DNA of 64,000 bases, taken from the NCBI RefSeq assembly GCF_009914755.1, contig NC_060933.1. One strand, 5' to 3'. This document shows positions 43,241 to 55,953 of the stretch, piece after piece. The notes under the pieces were generated by a model. That model was not told the DNA's origin. It did no database searches and worked only from the letters and a program-made list of their open reading frames with translations. Made by a program: the position numbers and the translations under genes. The DNA is from the human T2T-CHM13v2.0 reference genome, Homo sapiens. Position 1 is the first letter of the stretch, and every line of letters begins with the position of its first letter.

Positions 43241-44529
43241 TCCATTCCGTTCCGTTCCATTCCATTCCATTCCATTCTATTCTGGTTAATTCCATTCCAT
43301 TCCATTCGATTGCAATCGAGTTGATTCCATTCCATTCCATTCCATTCCATTCCATTCCATTCCATTCCATTCCTTTCCTTTCCATTACGGATGATTCCAT
43401 TCCATTGCATTCCATTCCATTCCATTCCCCTGTACTCGGGTTGATTCCATTCTATTCCATTCCAATCCATGCCATTCCACTCGTGTTGATTCCATTCTTT
43501 CCATTCCATTCAAGTTGAATCCATTCCATTGCATTCCATTCCATTCGATTCCATTCGATTGCACTCGGTTTGATTCCATTCCATTGCATTCCATTCCATT
43601 CCATTCCATTCCATTCCGTTCCATTCCATTCCATTACATTCGGATTGATTCTATTCAATTCCCTTACACTCCATTACATTCCATTCCATTCGGGTAGTTT
43701 CCATTCCATTCCATTCCATTCCTCTCCATTCCATTGCACTCGGGTTGATTCCATTCCATTGCATTCCATTCGATACCATTCAATTCCATTCCGTTCCATT
43801 CCATTCCATTACATTCGGATTGATTCTATTCAACTCCCTTACACTCCATTACATTCGATTCCATTCGGGTTGTTCCATTCCATTCCATTCCATTCCTCTC
43901 CATTCCATTGCACTCGGGTTGATTCCATTCCATTCCATTCCATTCCGGAAGATTCCATTCCATTGCATTCCATTAAATTCCATTCCCCTGTACTCGCGTT
44001 GATTCCATTCCATTCCATTCCATTCCTTTGCGTTCCATTGCATTCCATTGCATTCCATTCCCCTGCACTCAGGTTGATTCCATTCCATTCCATTCCATTC
44101 CATTCCATTCTATTCGCGTTAATTCCATTCCACTCCATTCCATTACATTCCATTGCAATCGACTTGATTCCATTCCATTCCATTCCATTCCATTCCATTC
44201 CATTCCATTCCCTTCCATTCCACTCTGGTTGATTCCATTCCTTTCCATTCTACTCGATTGCATTCCCTTCTATTCCACTCGGATTGATTCCATTCCATTC
44301 CGTTCCATTCCATTCCATTTCGTTCCATTCCATTCTATTCCATTCCATTCCATTCCATTCCTTTCCATTCCATTCCATTCCGTTCCATTCCATTCCATTC
44401 CATTCCATTTCTTTGCATTCCATTCTATTCCATACCATTCCATTCCATTCCGTTCCATGCCATTCCACTCGGGTTGATTCCATTGCTTTCCATTCCATTT
44501 GGGTTGAATCCATTCCATTCCATTCCATT

Positions 44530-47500
44530 CCATTCCATTCCATTCCGTTCCATTCCATTCCATTACATTCGTATTGATTGTATTCAATTCCCTTACACTC
44601 CATTACATTCCATTCCATTCGGGTTGTTTCCATTCCATTCCATTCCATTCCACTCCATTCCATTGCAGTCGGGTTGATTCCATTCCATTCCATTCCATTC
44701 CCTTCCATTCCATTTCGTTCCATTCCATTCTATTCCATACCATTCCATTCCATTCCTTTCCATTCCATTCCATTCCATTCCATTCCCTGCCATTCCACTC
44801 GGGTTGATTCCTTTCCATTCCATTCCATTCGGGTTGAAACCATTCCATTCCATTCAATTCCATTCCATTTCGGATGATTGCATTCCATTGCCTTCCATTC
44901 AATTGCATTCCCCTGCACCCGGGTTGATTCCATTCAATTCCATTCCATTCCATTCCGTTCCATTCCATTCCATACCATTCCATTCCATTCCATTCCATTC
45001 TATTTGGGTTAATTCCATTCCATTCCATTCCATTCCATTCAGTTTCATTGCAATCGGGTTGATTCCATTCCGTTCCATTCCATTGCATTCCATTCCATTC
45101 CATTCCATTCCATTCCATTCCATTCCATTCCATTCAACTCGGGTTGATTCCATTCCTTTCCATTCCATTCGGGGTGAAGCCTTTCCATTCCATTCCATTC
45201 CTTTCGATTCCATTCCATTGCACTCGGGTTGATCCCATTCCTTTGCATTCCATTCCATTCCATTCCATTCCATTCCATTCCGTTCCATTCAATTCCATTA
45301 CATTCGGATTGATTCTATTCAATTCCCTTACAATCCATCACATTCCTTTCCATTCGGGTTGTTTCCATTCCTTTCCATTCCATTCAATTCCATTTCATTC
45401 CATTCCATTCCGTATGATTCCATTCCATTGCATTCTATTCCATTCCATTCCCCTGCACTCTGGTGGATTCCATTCTATTCCATTCCATTCCATTCCATTC
45501 CATTCCATTCCATTCCATTGAAATCGAGTTGATTCCATTCCATTCCATTCCATTCAATTCCATTCCATTCCATTCTATTCGGGTTAATTCCATTCCATTC
45601 CATTCCATTCCCTTCCATTCCATTCCATTCTATTCCATTCCATTCCATTCTATTAGGGTTAATTCCATTCCATTCCATTCCATTCCATTCCATTCCATTC
45701 CATTCCATTCCTTTGCAATCGAGTTTATTCCATTCCATTCCATTCCATTCCATTCCTTTCAATTCCATTGAACTCGGGTTGATTCCATTCCATTCCATGC
45801 CATTCCATTTCATTCCAATCCATTGCCTTCCATTCCATTCCATTCCTCTGCACTCGGGTTGATTCCATTCCTTTCCATTCCATTCGATTCCATTCCATGC
45901 CATTCCACTCGGGTTGATTCCATTACTTTCCATTCCATTCGAGTTGAATCCATTCCATTCGATTCCATTCCATTCGATTCCATTCCATTGCTCACGGGTT
46001 CATTCCATTCCATTCCATTCCATTCCATTCTATTCCATTTCATTCCATTTCGTTCCATTCCATTCTCTTCCGTACCATTCCATTCCATTCCATTCCACTC
46101 CATTCCATGCCATTCCACTCGGGTTTATTCCATTCCTTTCCATTCCATTCGGGTTGAATTCATTCCATTCCATTCCATTCCATTCCATTCCATTCTATTC
46201 CATTGCACTCGGGTTGATTCCATTCCATTCCATTCCATTCCACTCCATTCCATTGCACTCGGGTTGATTCCATTCCTTTCCATTCCATTCCAGTTGAACC
46301 CATTCCATTCTATTCCATTCCATTCCATTCCATTCCATTCCATTCCTTTGCACACGGGTTCATTCCATTCCATTCCATTCCATTCCATTCCATTCCATTC
46401 CATTCCATTCCATTCCATTTCGTTCCATTCCATTCTATTCCTTACCATTCCATTCCATTCCATTCCCTTCCATGCCATTTCACTCGGGTTTATTCCATTC
46501 CTTTCCATTCCATTCGGGTTGAATCCATTCCATTCCATTCCATTCCATTCCATTCCATTCCATTCCATTGAACTCGGGTTGATTCCATTCCATTCCATGC
46601 CATTCCATTTCATTCCATTCCATTCCATTCCGTTCCATTCCATTCCATTCCTTTCCGTTCAATTCCATTACATTCGGATTGATTCTTTTTAATTCCCTTA
46701 CACTCCATTACATTCCATTCCATTCGGGTAGTTTCCATTCCATTCCATTCCATTCCTCTGTATTCTATTGCACTCGGGTTGATTGATTCCATTCCATTGC
46801 ATTCCATTCCATTCAGGATGATTCCATTCCATTGCATTCCATTCCATTCCATTCCCCTGCACTCGTGTTGATTCCATTCCTTTCCATTCCATTCCATTCC
46901 GTTCCATTCCATTCCATTACATTCGTACTGATTGTACTCAATTCCCTTACACTCCATTACATTCCATTCCATTCGGGTTGTTTCCATTCCATTACATTCC
47001 ATTCTACTCCATTCCATTGCACTCAGGTTGATTCCATTCCATTCCATTCCATTCCATTCCATTCCATTTCGTTCCATTCCATTCTATTCCGTACCATTCC
47101 ATTCCATTCCATTCCATTCCATGCCATTCCACTCAGGTTTATTACATTCCTTTCCATTCCATTCGGGTTGACTCCATTCCATTCCATTCCATTCCATTCC
47201 ATTCCATTCCATTCCTTTGCACTCGGGTTGATTCCATTCCATTCCCTGCCATTCCATTTCATTCCATTCCATTCCATTCCATTCCATTCCATTCCATTCC
47301 ATTCCGTTCCATTCCATTCCATTACATTCGGATTGATTGTATTCAATTCCCTTACACTCCATTACATTCCATTCCATTCGGGTTGTTTCCGTTCCATTAC
47401 ATTCCATTCCACTCCATTCCATTGCACTCAGGTTGATTCCATTCCATTCCATTCCATTCCATTCCATTCCATTCCATTTCGTTCCATTCCATTCTATTCC

Positions 47501-50500
47501 GTACCATTCCATTCCATTCCATTCCATTCCATTCCATGCCATTCCACTCGGGTTGATTCCATTCCTTTCCATTCCATTCGGGTTGAATCCATTCCATTCC
47601 ATTCCATTGCATTCCGTTCCATTCCATTCCCCTGCAATCGGGTGGATTCCATTCTATTCCATTCCATTCCATTCATTCCATTCCATTCCATTCCATTTCG
47701 TTCCATTCCATTCTATTCCCTACCTTTCCATTCCATTCCATTCCATTCCATTCCATTCCATGCCATGCCATTCCACTCGAGTTGATTCCATTCCTTTCCA
47801 TTCCATTCTAGTTGAATCCATTCCATTGCATTCCATTCCATTCGATTCCATTCAATTGCACACGGGTTCATTCCATTCCATTCCATTCCATTCCATTCCA
47901 TTCCATTCCATTTCGTTCCATTCCATTCTATTCCGTACCATTCCCTTCCATTCCATTCCATTCCACTCCATTCCATGCCATTCCACTCGGGTTTATTCCA
48001 TTCCTTTCCATTCCATTCGGGTTGAATCCATTCTATTCGGGTTGAATCCATTCCATTCCATTCCATTCCATTCCATTCCATTCCATGCCATTCCACTCGG
48101 GTTGATTCCATTCCTTTCCATTCCATTCGAGTTGAACCCATTCCATTCCATTCCATTCCATTCCATTCCATTCCATTCCATTCCATTGCTCACGGGTTCA
48201 TTCCATCCAATTCCATTCCATTCCATTCCATTCCATTCCATTTCGTTCCATTCCATTCTACTCCGTACCATTGCATTCCATTCCATTCCCTTCCATGCCA
48301 TTTCACTCGGGTTTATTCCTTTCCTTTCCATTCTATTCGGGTTGAATCCATTCCATTCCATTCCATTGCATTCCATTCCATTCCATTCCCCTGCAATCGG
48401 GTGGATTCCATTCTATTCCATTCCATTCCATTCCATTCCGTTCCATTCCATTCCATTACATTCGTATTGATTGTATTCAATTCCCTTACACTCCATTACA
48501 TTCCATTCCATTCGGGTTGTTTCCATTCCATTCCATTCCATTCCACTCCATTCCATTGCAGTCGGGTTGATTCCATTCCATTCCATTCCATTCCCTTCCA
48601 TTCCATTTCGTTCCATTCCATTCTATTCCATACCATTCCATTCCATTCCATTCCATTCCATTCCATTCCATTCCATGCCATTCCACTCGGGTTGATTCCT
48701 TTCCATTCCATTCCATTCGGGTTGAAACCATTCCATTCCATTCAATTCCATTCCATTTCGGATGATTGCATTCCATTGCCTTCCATTCAATTGCATTCCC
48801 CTGCACCCGGGTTGATTCCATTCAATTCCATTCCATTCCATTCCGTTCCATTCCATTCCATACCATTCCATTCCATTCCATTCCATTCTATTTGGGTTAA
48901 TTCCATTCCATTCCATTCCATTCCATTCAGTTTCATTGCAATCGGGTTGATTCCATTCCGTTCCATTCCATTGCATTCCATTCCATTCCATTCCATTCCA
49001 TTCCATTCCATTCCATTCCATTCAACTCGGGTTGATTCCATTCCTTTCCATTCCATTCGGGGTGAAGCCTTTCCATTCCATTCCTTTCCTTTCGATTCCA
49101 TTCCATTGCACTCGGGTTGATCCCATTCCTTTGCATTCCATTCCATTCCATTCCATTCCGTTCCATTCAATTCCATTACATTCGGATTGATTCTATTCAA
49201 TTCCCTTACAATCCATCACATTCCTTTCCATTCGGGTTGTTTCCATTCCTTTCCATTCCATTCAATTCCATTCCATTCCATTCCATTCCGTATGATTCCA
49301 TTCCATTGCATTCTATTCCATTCCATTCCCCTGCACTCGGGTGGATTCCATTCTATTCCATTCCATTCCATTCCATTCCATTCCATTCCATTGAAATCGA
49401 GTTGATTCCATTCCATTCCATTCCATTCAATTCCATTCCATTCCATTCTATTCGGGTTAATTCCATTCCATTCCATTCCATTCCCTTCCATTCCATTCCA
49501 TTCTATTCCATTCCATTCCATTCTATTAGGGTTAATTCCATTCCATTCCATTCCATTCCATTCCATTCCATTCCATTCCTTTGCAATCGAGTTTATTCCA
49601 TTCCATTCCATTCCATTCAATTCCATTGAACTCGGGTTGATTCCATTCCATTCCATGCCATTCCATTTCATTCCAATCCATTGCCTTCCATTCCATTCCA
49701 TTCCTCTGCACTCGGGTTGATTCCATTCCTTTCCATTCCATTCGATTCCATTCCATGCCATTCCACTCGGGTTGATTCCATTTCTTTCCATTCCATTCGA
49801 GTTGAATCCATTCCATTCGATTCCATTCCATTCGATTCCATTCCATTGCTCACGGGTTCATTCCATTCCATTCCATTCCATTCCATTCTATTCCATTTCA
49901 TTCCATTTCGTTCCATTCCATTCTCTTCCGTACCATTCCATTCCATTCCATTGCACTCCATTCCATGCCATTCCACTCGGGTTTATTCCATTCCTTTCCA
50001 TTCCATTCGGGTTGAATTCATTCCATTCCATTCCATTCCATTCTATTCCATTGCACTCGGGTTGATTTCATTCCATTCCATTCCATTCCACTCCATTCCA
50101 TTGCACTCGGGTTGATTCCATTCCTTTCCATTCCATTCCAGTTGAACCCATTCCATTCTATTCCATTCCATTCCATTCCATTCCATTCCTTTGCACACGG
50201 GTCCATTCCATTCCATTCCATTCCATTCCATTCCATTCCATTCCATTTCGTTCCATTCCATTCTATTCCTTACCATTCCATTCCATTCCATTCCCTTCCA
50301 TGCCATTTCACTCGGGTTTATTCCATTCCTTTCCATTCCATTCGGGTTGAATCCATTCCATTCCATTCCATTCCATTCCATTCCATTCCATTCCATTGAA
50401 CTCGGGTTGATTCCATTCCATTCCATGCCATTCCATTTCATTCCATTCCATTCCATTCCGTTCCATTCCATTCCATTCCTTTCCGTTCAATTCCATTACA

Positions 50501-53500
50501 TTCGGATTGATTCTTTTTAATTCCCTTACACTCCATTACATTCCATTCCATTCGGGTAGTTTCCATTCCATTCCATTCCATTCCTCTGTATTCTATTGCA
50601 CTCGGGTTGATTGATTCCATTCCATTGCATTCCATTCCATTCAGGATGATTCCATTCCATTGCATTCCATTCCATTCCATTCCCCTGCACTCGTGTTGAT
50701 TCCATTCCTTTCCATTCCATTCCATTCCGTTCCATTCCATTCCATTACATTCGTACTGATTGTACTCAATTCCCTTACACTCCATTACATTCCATTCCAT
50801 TCGGGTTGTTTCCATTCCATTACATTCCATTCTACTCCATTCCATTGCACTCAGGTTGATTCCATTCCATTCCATTCCATTCCATTCCATTTCGTTCCAT
50901 TCCATTCTATTCCGTGCCATTCCATTCCATTCCATTCCATTCCATGCCATTCCACTCAGGTTTATTACATTCCTTTCCATTCCATTCGGGTTGACTCCAT
51001 TCCATTCCATTCCATTCCATTCCATTCCATTCCATTCCATTCCTTTGCACTCGGGTTGATTCCATTCCATTCCCTGCCATTCCATTTCATTCCATTCCAT
51101 TCCATTCCATTCCATTCCATTCCATTCCATTACATTCGGATTGATTGTATTCAATTCCCTTACACTCCATTACATTCCATTCCATTCGGGTTGTTTCCGT
51201 TCCATTACATTCCATTCCACTCCATTCCATTGCACTCAGGTTGATTCCATTCCATTCCATTCCATTCCATTCCATTCCATTTCGTTCCATTCCATTCTAT
51301 TCCGTACCATTCCATTCCATTCCATTCCATTCCATTCCATTCCATGCCATTCCACTCGGGTTGATTCCATTCCTTTCCATTCCATTCGGGTTGAATCCAT
51401 TCCATTCCATTCCATTGCATTCCGTTCCATTCCATTCCCCTGCAATCGGGTGGATTCCATTCTATTCCATTCCATTCCATTCATTCCATTCCATTCCATT
51501 CCATTTCGTTCCATTCCATTCTATTCCCTACCTTTCCATTCCATTCCATTCCATTCCATTCCATTCCATGCCATGCCATTCCACTCGAGTTGATTCCATT
51601 CCTTTCCATTCCATTCTAGTTGAATCCATTCCATTGCATTCCATTCCATTCGATTCCATTCAATTGCACACGGGTTCATTCCATTCCATTCCATTCCATT
51701 CCATTCCATTCCATTCCATTCCATTTCGTTCCATTCCATTCTATTCCGTACCATTCCCTTCCATTCCATTCCATTCCACTCCATTCCATGCCATTCCACT
51801 CGGGTTTATTCCATTCCTTTCCATTCCATTCGGGTTGAATCCATTCTATTCGGGTTGAATCCATTCCATTCCATTCCATTCCATTCCATTCCATTCCATG
51901 CCATTCCACTCGGGTTGATTCCATTCCTTTCCATTCCATTCGAGTTGAACCCATTCCATTCCATTCCATTCCATTCCATTCCATTCCATTCCATTCCATT
52001 GCTCACGGGTTCATTCCATCCAATTCCATTCCATTCCATTCCATTCCATTCCATTTCGTTCCATTCCATTCTACTCCGTACCATTGCATTCCATTCCATT
52101 CCCTTCCATGCCATTTCACTCGGGTTTATTCCTTTCCTTTCCATTCTATTCGGGTTGAATCCATTCCATTCCATTCCATTGCATTCCATTCCATTCCATT
52201 CCCCTGCAATCGGGTGGATTCCATTCTATTCCATTCCATTCCATTCCATTCCGTTCCATTCCATTCCATTACATTCGTATTGATTGTATTCAATTCCCTT
52301 ACACTCCATTACATTCCATTCCATTCGGGTTGTTTCCATTCCATTCCATTCCATTCCACTCCATTCCATTGCAGTCGGGTTGATTCCATTCCATTCCATT
52401 CCATTCCCTTCCATTCCATTTCGTTCCATTCCATTCTATTCCATACCATTCCATTCCATTCCATTCCATTCCATTCCATTCCATTCCATGCCATTCCACT
52501 CGGGTTGATTCCTTTCCATTCCATTCCATTCGGGTTGAAACCATTCCATTCCATTCAATTCCATTCCATTTCGGATGATTGCATTCCATTGCCTTCCATT
52601 CAATTGCATTCCCCTGCACCCGGGTTGATTCCATTCAATTCCATTCCATTCCATTCCGTTCCATTCCATTCCATACCATTCCATTCCATTCCATTCCATT
52701 CTATTTGGGTTAATTCCATTCCATTCCATTCCATTCCATTCAGTTTCATTGCAATCGGGTTGATTCCATTCCGTTCCATTCCATTGCATTCCATTCCATT
52801 CCATTCCATTCCATTCCATTCCATTCCATTCCATTCAACTCGGGTTGATTCCATTCCTTTCCATTCCATTCGGGGTGAAGCCTTTCCATTCCATTCCTTT
52901 CCTTTCGATTCCATTCCATTGCACTCGGGTTGATCCCATTCCTTTGCATTCCATTCCATTCCATTCCATTCCATTCCATTCCATTCCGTTCCATTCAATT
53001 CCATTACATTCGGATTGATTCTATTCAATTCCCTTACAATCCATCACATTCCTTTCCATTCGGGTTGTTTCCATTCCTTTCCATTCCATTCAATTCCATT
53101 CCATTCCATTCCATTCCGTATGATTCCATTCCATTGCATTCTATTCCATTCCATTCCCCTGCACTCGGGTGGATTCCATTCTATTCCATTCCATTCCATT
53201 CCATTCCATTCCATTCCATTCCATTGAAATCGAGTTGATTCCATTCCATTCCATTCCATTCAATTCCATTCCATTCCATTCTATTCGGGTTAATTCCATT
53301 CCATTCCATTCCATTCCCTTCCATTCCATTCCATTCTATTCCATTCCATTCCATTCTATTAGGGTTAATTCCATTCCATTCCATTCCATTCCATTCCATT
53401 CCATTCCATTCCATTCCATTCCTTTGCAATCGAGTTTATTCCATTCCATTCCATTCCATTCCATTCCATTCAATTCCATTGAACTCGGGTTGATTCCATT

Positions 53501-55730
53501 CCATTCCATGCCATTCCATTTCATTCCAATCCATTGCCTTCCATTCCATTCCATTCCTCTGCACTCGGGTTGATTCCATTCCTTTCCATTCCATTCGATT
53601 CCATTCCATGCCATTCCACTCGGGTTGATTCCATTTCTTTCCATTCCATTCGAGTTGAATCCATTCCATTCGATTCCATTCCATTCGATTCCATTCCATT
53701 GCTCACGGGTTCATTCCATTCCATTCCATTCCATTCCATTCTATTCCATTTCATTCCATTTCGTTCCATTCCATTCTCTTCCGTACCATTCCATTCCATT
53801 CCATTGCACTCCATTCCATGCCATTCCACTCGGGTTTATTCCATTCCTTTCCATTCCATTCGGGTTGAATTCATTCCATTCCATTCCATTCCATTCTATT
53901 CCATTGCACTCGGGTTGATTCCATTCCATTCCATTCCATTCCACTCCATTCCATTGCACTCGGGTTGATTCCATTCCTTTCCATTCCATTCCAGTTGAAC
54001 CCATTCCATTCTATTCCATTCCATTCCATTCCATTCCATTCCATTCCTTTGCACACGGGTTCATTCCATTCCATTCCATTCCATTCCATTCCATTCCATT
54101 CCATTTCGTTCCATTCCATTCTATTCCTTACCATTCCATTCCATTCCATTCCCTTCCATGCCATTTCACTCGGGTTTATTCCATTCCTTTCCATTCCATT
54201 CGGGTTGAATCCATTCCATTCCATTCCATTCCATTCCATTCCATTCCATTCCATTCCATTCCATTGAACTCGGGTTGATTCCATTCCATTCCATGCCATT
54301 CCATTTCATTCCATTCCATTCCATTCCGTTCCATTCCATTCCATTCCTTTCCATTCAATTCCATTACATTCGGATTGATTCTTTTTAATTCCCTTACACT
54401 CCATTACATTCCATTCCATTCGGGTAGTTTCCATTCCATTCCATTGCATTCCTCTGTATTCTATTGCACTCGGGTTGATTGATTCCATTCCATTGCATTC
54501 CATTCCATTCAGGATGATTCCATTCCATTGCATTCCATTCCATTCCATTCCCCTGCACTCGTGTTGATTCCATTCCTTTCCATTCCATTCCATTCCGTTC
54601 CATTCCATTCCATTACATTCGTACTGATTGTACTCAATTCCCTTACACTCCATTACATTCCATTCCATTCGGGTTGTTTCCATTCCATTACATTCCATTC
54701 TACTCCATTCCATTGCACTCAGGTTGATTCCATTCCATTCCATTCCATTCCATTCCATTTCGTTCCATTCCATTCTATTCCGTACCATTCCATTCCATTC
54801 CATTCCATTCCATGCCATTCCACTCAGGTTTATTACATTCCTTTCCATTCCATTCGGGTTGACTCCATTCCATTCCATTCCATTCCATTCCATTCCATTC
54901 CATTCCTTTGCACTCGGGTTGATTCCATTCCATTCCCTGCCATTCCATTTCATTCCATTCCATTCCATTCCATTCCATTCCATTCCATTCCGTTCCATTC
55001 CATTCCATTACATTCGGATTGATTGTATTCAATTCCCTTACACTCCATTACATTCCATTCCATTCGGGTTGTTTCCGTTCCATTACATTCCATTCCACTC
55101 CATTCCATTGCACTCAGGTTGATTCCATTCCATTCCATTCCATTCCATTCCATTCCATTCCATTTCGTTCCATTCCATTCTATTCCGTACCATTCCATTC
55201 CATTCCATTCCATTCCATTCCATGCCATTCCACTCGGGTTGATTCCATTCCCTTCCATTCCATTCGGGTTGAATCCATTCCATTCCATTCCATTGCATTC
55301 CGTTCCATTCCATTCCCCTGCAATCGGGTGGATTCCATTCTATTCCATTCCATGCCATTCATTCCATTCCATTCCATTCCATTTCGTTCCATTCCATTCT
55401 ATTCCCTACCTTTCCATTCCATTCCATTCCATTCCATTCCATTCCATGCCATGCCATTCCACTCGAGTTGATTCGATTCCTTTCCATTCCATTCTAGTTG
55501 AATCCATTCCATTGCATTCCATTCCATTCGATTCCATTCAATTGCACACGGGTTCATTCCATTCCATTCCATTCCATTCCATTCCATTCCATTCCATTTC
55601 GTTCCATTCCATTCCATTCCATTCCATTCCCTTCCATTCCATTCCATTCCACTCCATTCCATGCCATTCCACTCGGGTTTATTCCATTCCTTTCCATTCC
55701 ATTCGGGTTGAATCCATTCTATTCGGGTTG
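44530..55730 (+). repeat. Higher-order tandem repeat, unit about 3.8-3.9 kb, nearly 3 copies (third truncated by about 0.4 kb)
   Basis: Markers in triplicate: CGTATTGATTGTATTC (~44570/48463/52276), CGGGGTGAAGCC (~45170/49058/52871), CCTCTGTATTCTATTG (~46755/50583/54451) and CCCTACCTTTCC (~47718/51526/55404). ORF triplets 44578/48471/52284, 45914/49772/53625, 46832/50660/54528 and 47812/51620/55498. Confidence 0.92.
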
Positions 55731-55906
55731 AATCCAATCCATTCCATTCCATTCCATTCCATTCCATTCCATTCCATTGCACTAGGTTTGATTCCATTCC
55801 GCTGCATTCCATTCCATTCCATTCCGTTCCATTCCATTCCTTTACATTCGGATTGATTGTATTCAATTCCCTTACACTCCATTACATTCCATTCCATTCG
55901 GGTTGT

Positions 55907-55953
55907 TTCCATTCCATTCCATTCCGTGTGCAATGGAATGGAATGGAATGGAA
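55907..55953. other. Strand-switch (inversion) breakpoint forming a perfect 19-bp inverted repeat with a 9-nt loop
   Basis: TTCCATTCCATTCCATTCC (55907-55925), GTGTGCAAT (55926-55934), GGAATGGAATGGAATGGAA (55935-55953). Confidence 0.93.

Larger units (their letters stand above)
808..43956. promoter_or_regulatory. About 23 dispersed perfect heat-shock-element matches, ATTCCGGAAGATTCC = nTTCnnGAAnnTTCn
   Basis: Starts at about 808, 2361, 4055, 4983, 7429, 8063, 8731, 10414, 11069, 12501, 15411, 18192, 20409, 22752, 27286, 30646, 31479, 37059, 39202, 40621, 42904, 43029 and 43942. The motif match is seen directly; HSF1 binding is inferred. Confidence 0.55.
31040..45600 (+). repeat. Dispersed duplication: about 31.0-33.1 kb repeated at about 43.5-45.6 kb (offset about 12.46 kb)
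   Basis: Shared markers CGATACCATTCAA (~31308/43771), CCATTAAATTCC (~31507/43970), GCAATCGACTTG (~31692/44155), CAGTTTCATTG (~32587/45040) and CGGGGTGAAGCC (~32702/45170). ORF pairs 31282/43745 and 32676/45144. Confidence 0.85.
1..55925 (+). repeat. Human Satellite 3 (HSat3) array, C-rich (CATTC)n strand on +
   Basis: Continuous CATTC pentamers with recurrent cassettes GCACTCGGGTTGATTCC, GCAATCGAGTTGATTCC, CTATTCGGGTTAATTCC and CCGGATGATTCC. CAACCCGAGT interspersion is the classical Satellite III signature. The dense CATTCGATTC/ATCATC pattern of HSat2 is not dominant. Confidence 0.97.

Noticed and set aside
45653-45658. TTAGGG hexamer (also ~49526, ~53359; CCCTAA at ~59890, ~61680)
   Set aside because: These are isolated C-to-A variants of the CTATTCGGGTTAA cassette and not a telomeric tract.
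55907-55953. Junction stem-loop as an intrinsic terminator or pre-miRNA
   Set aside because: There is no U-tract or gene context. Any strand switch in this satellite automatically produces such a stem.
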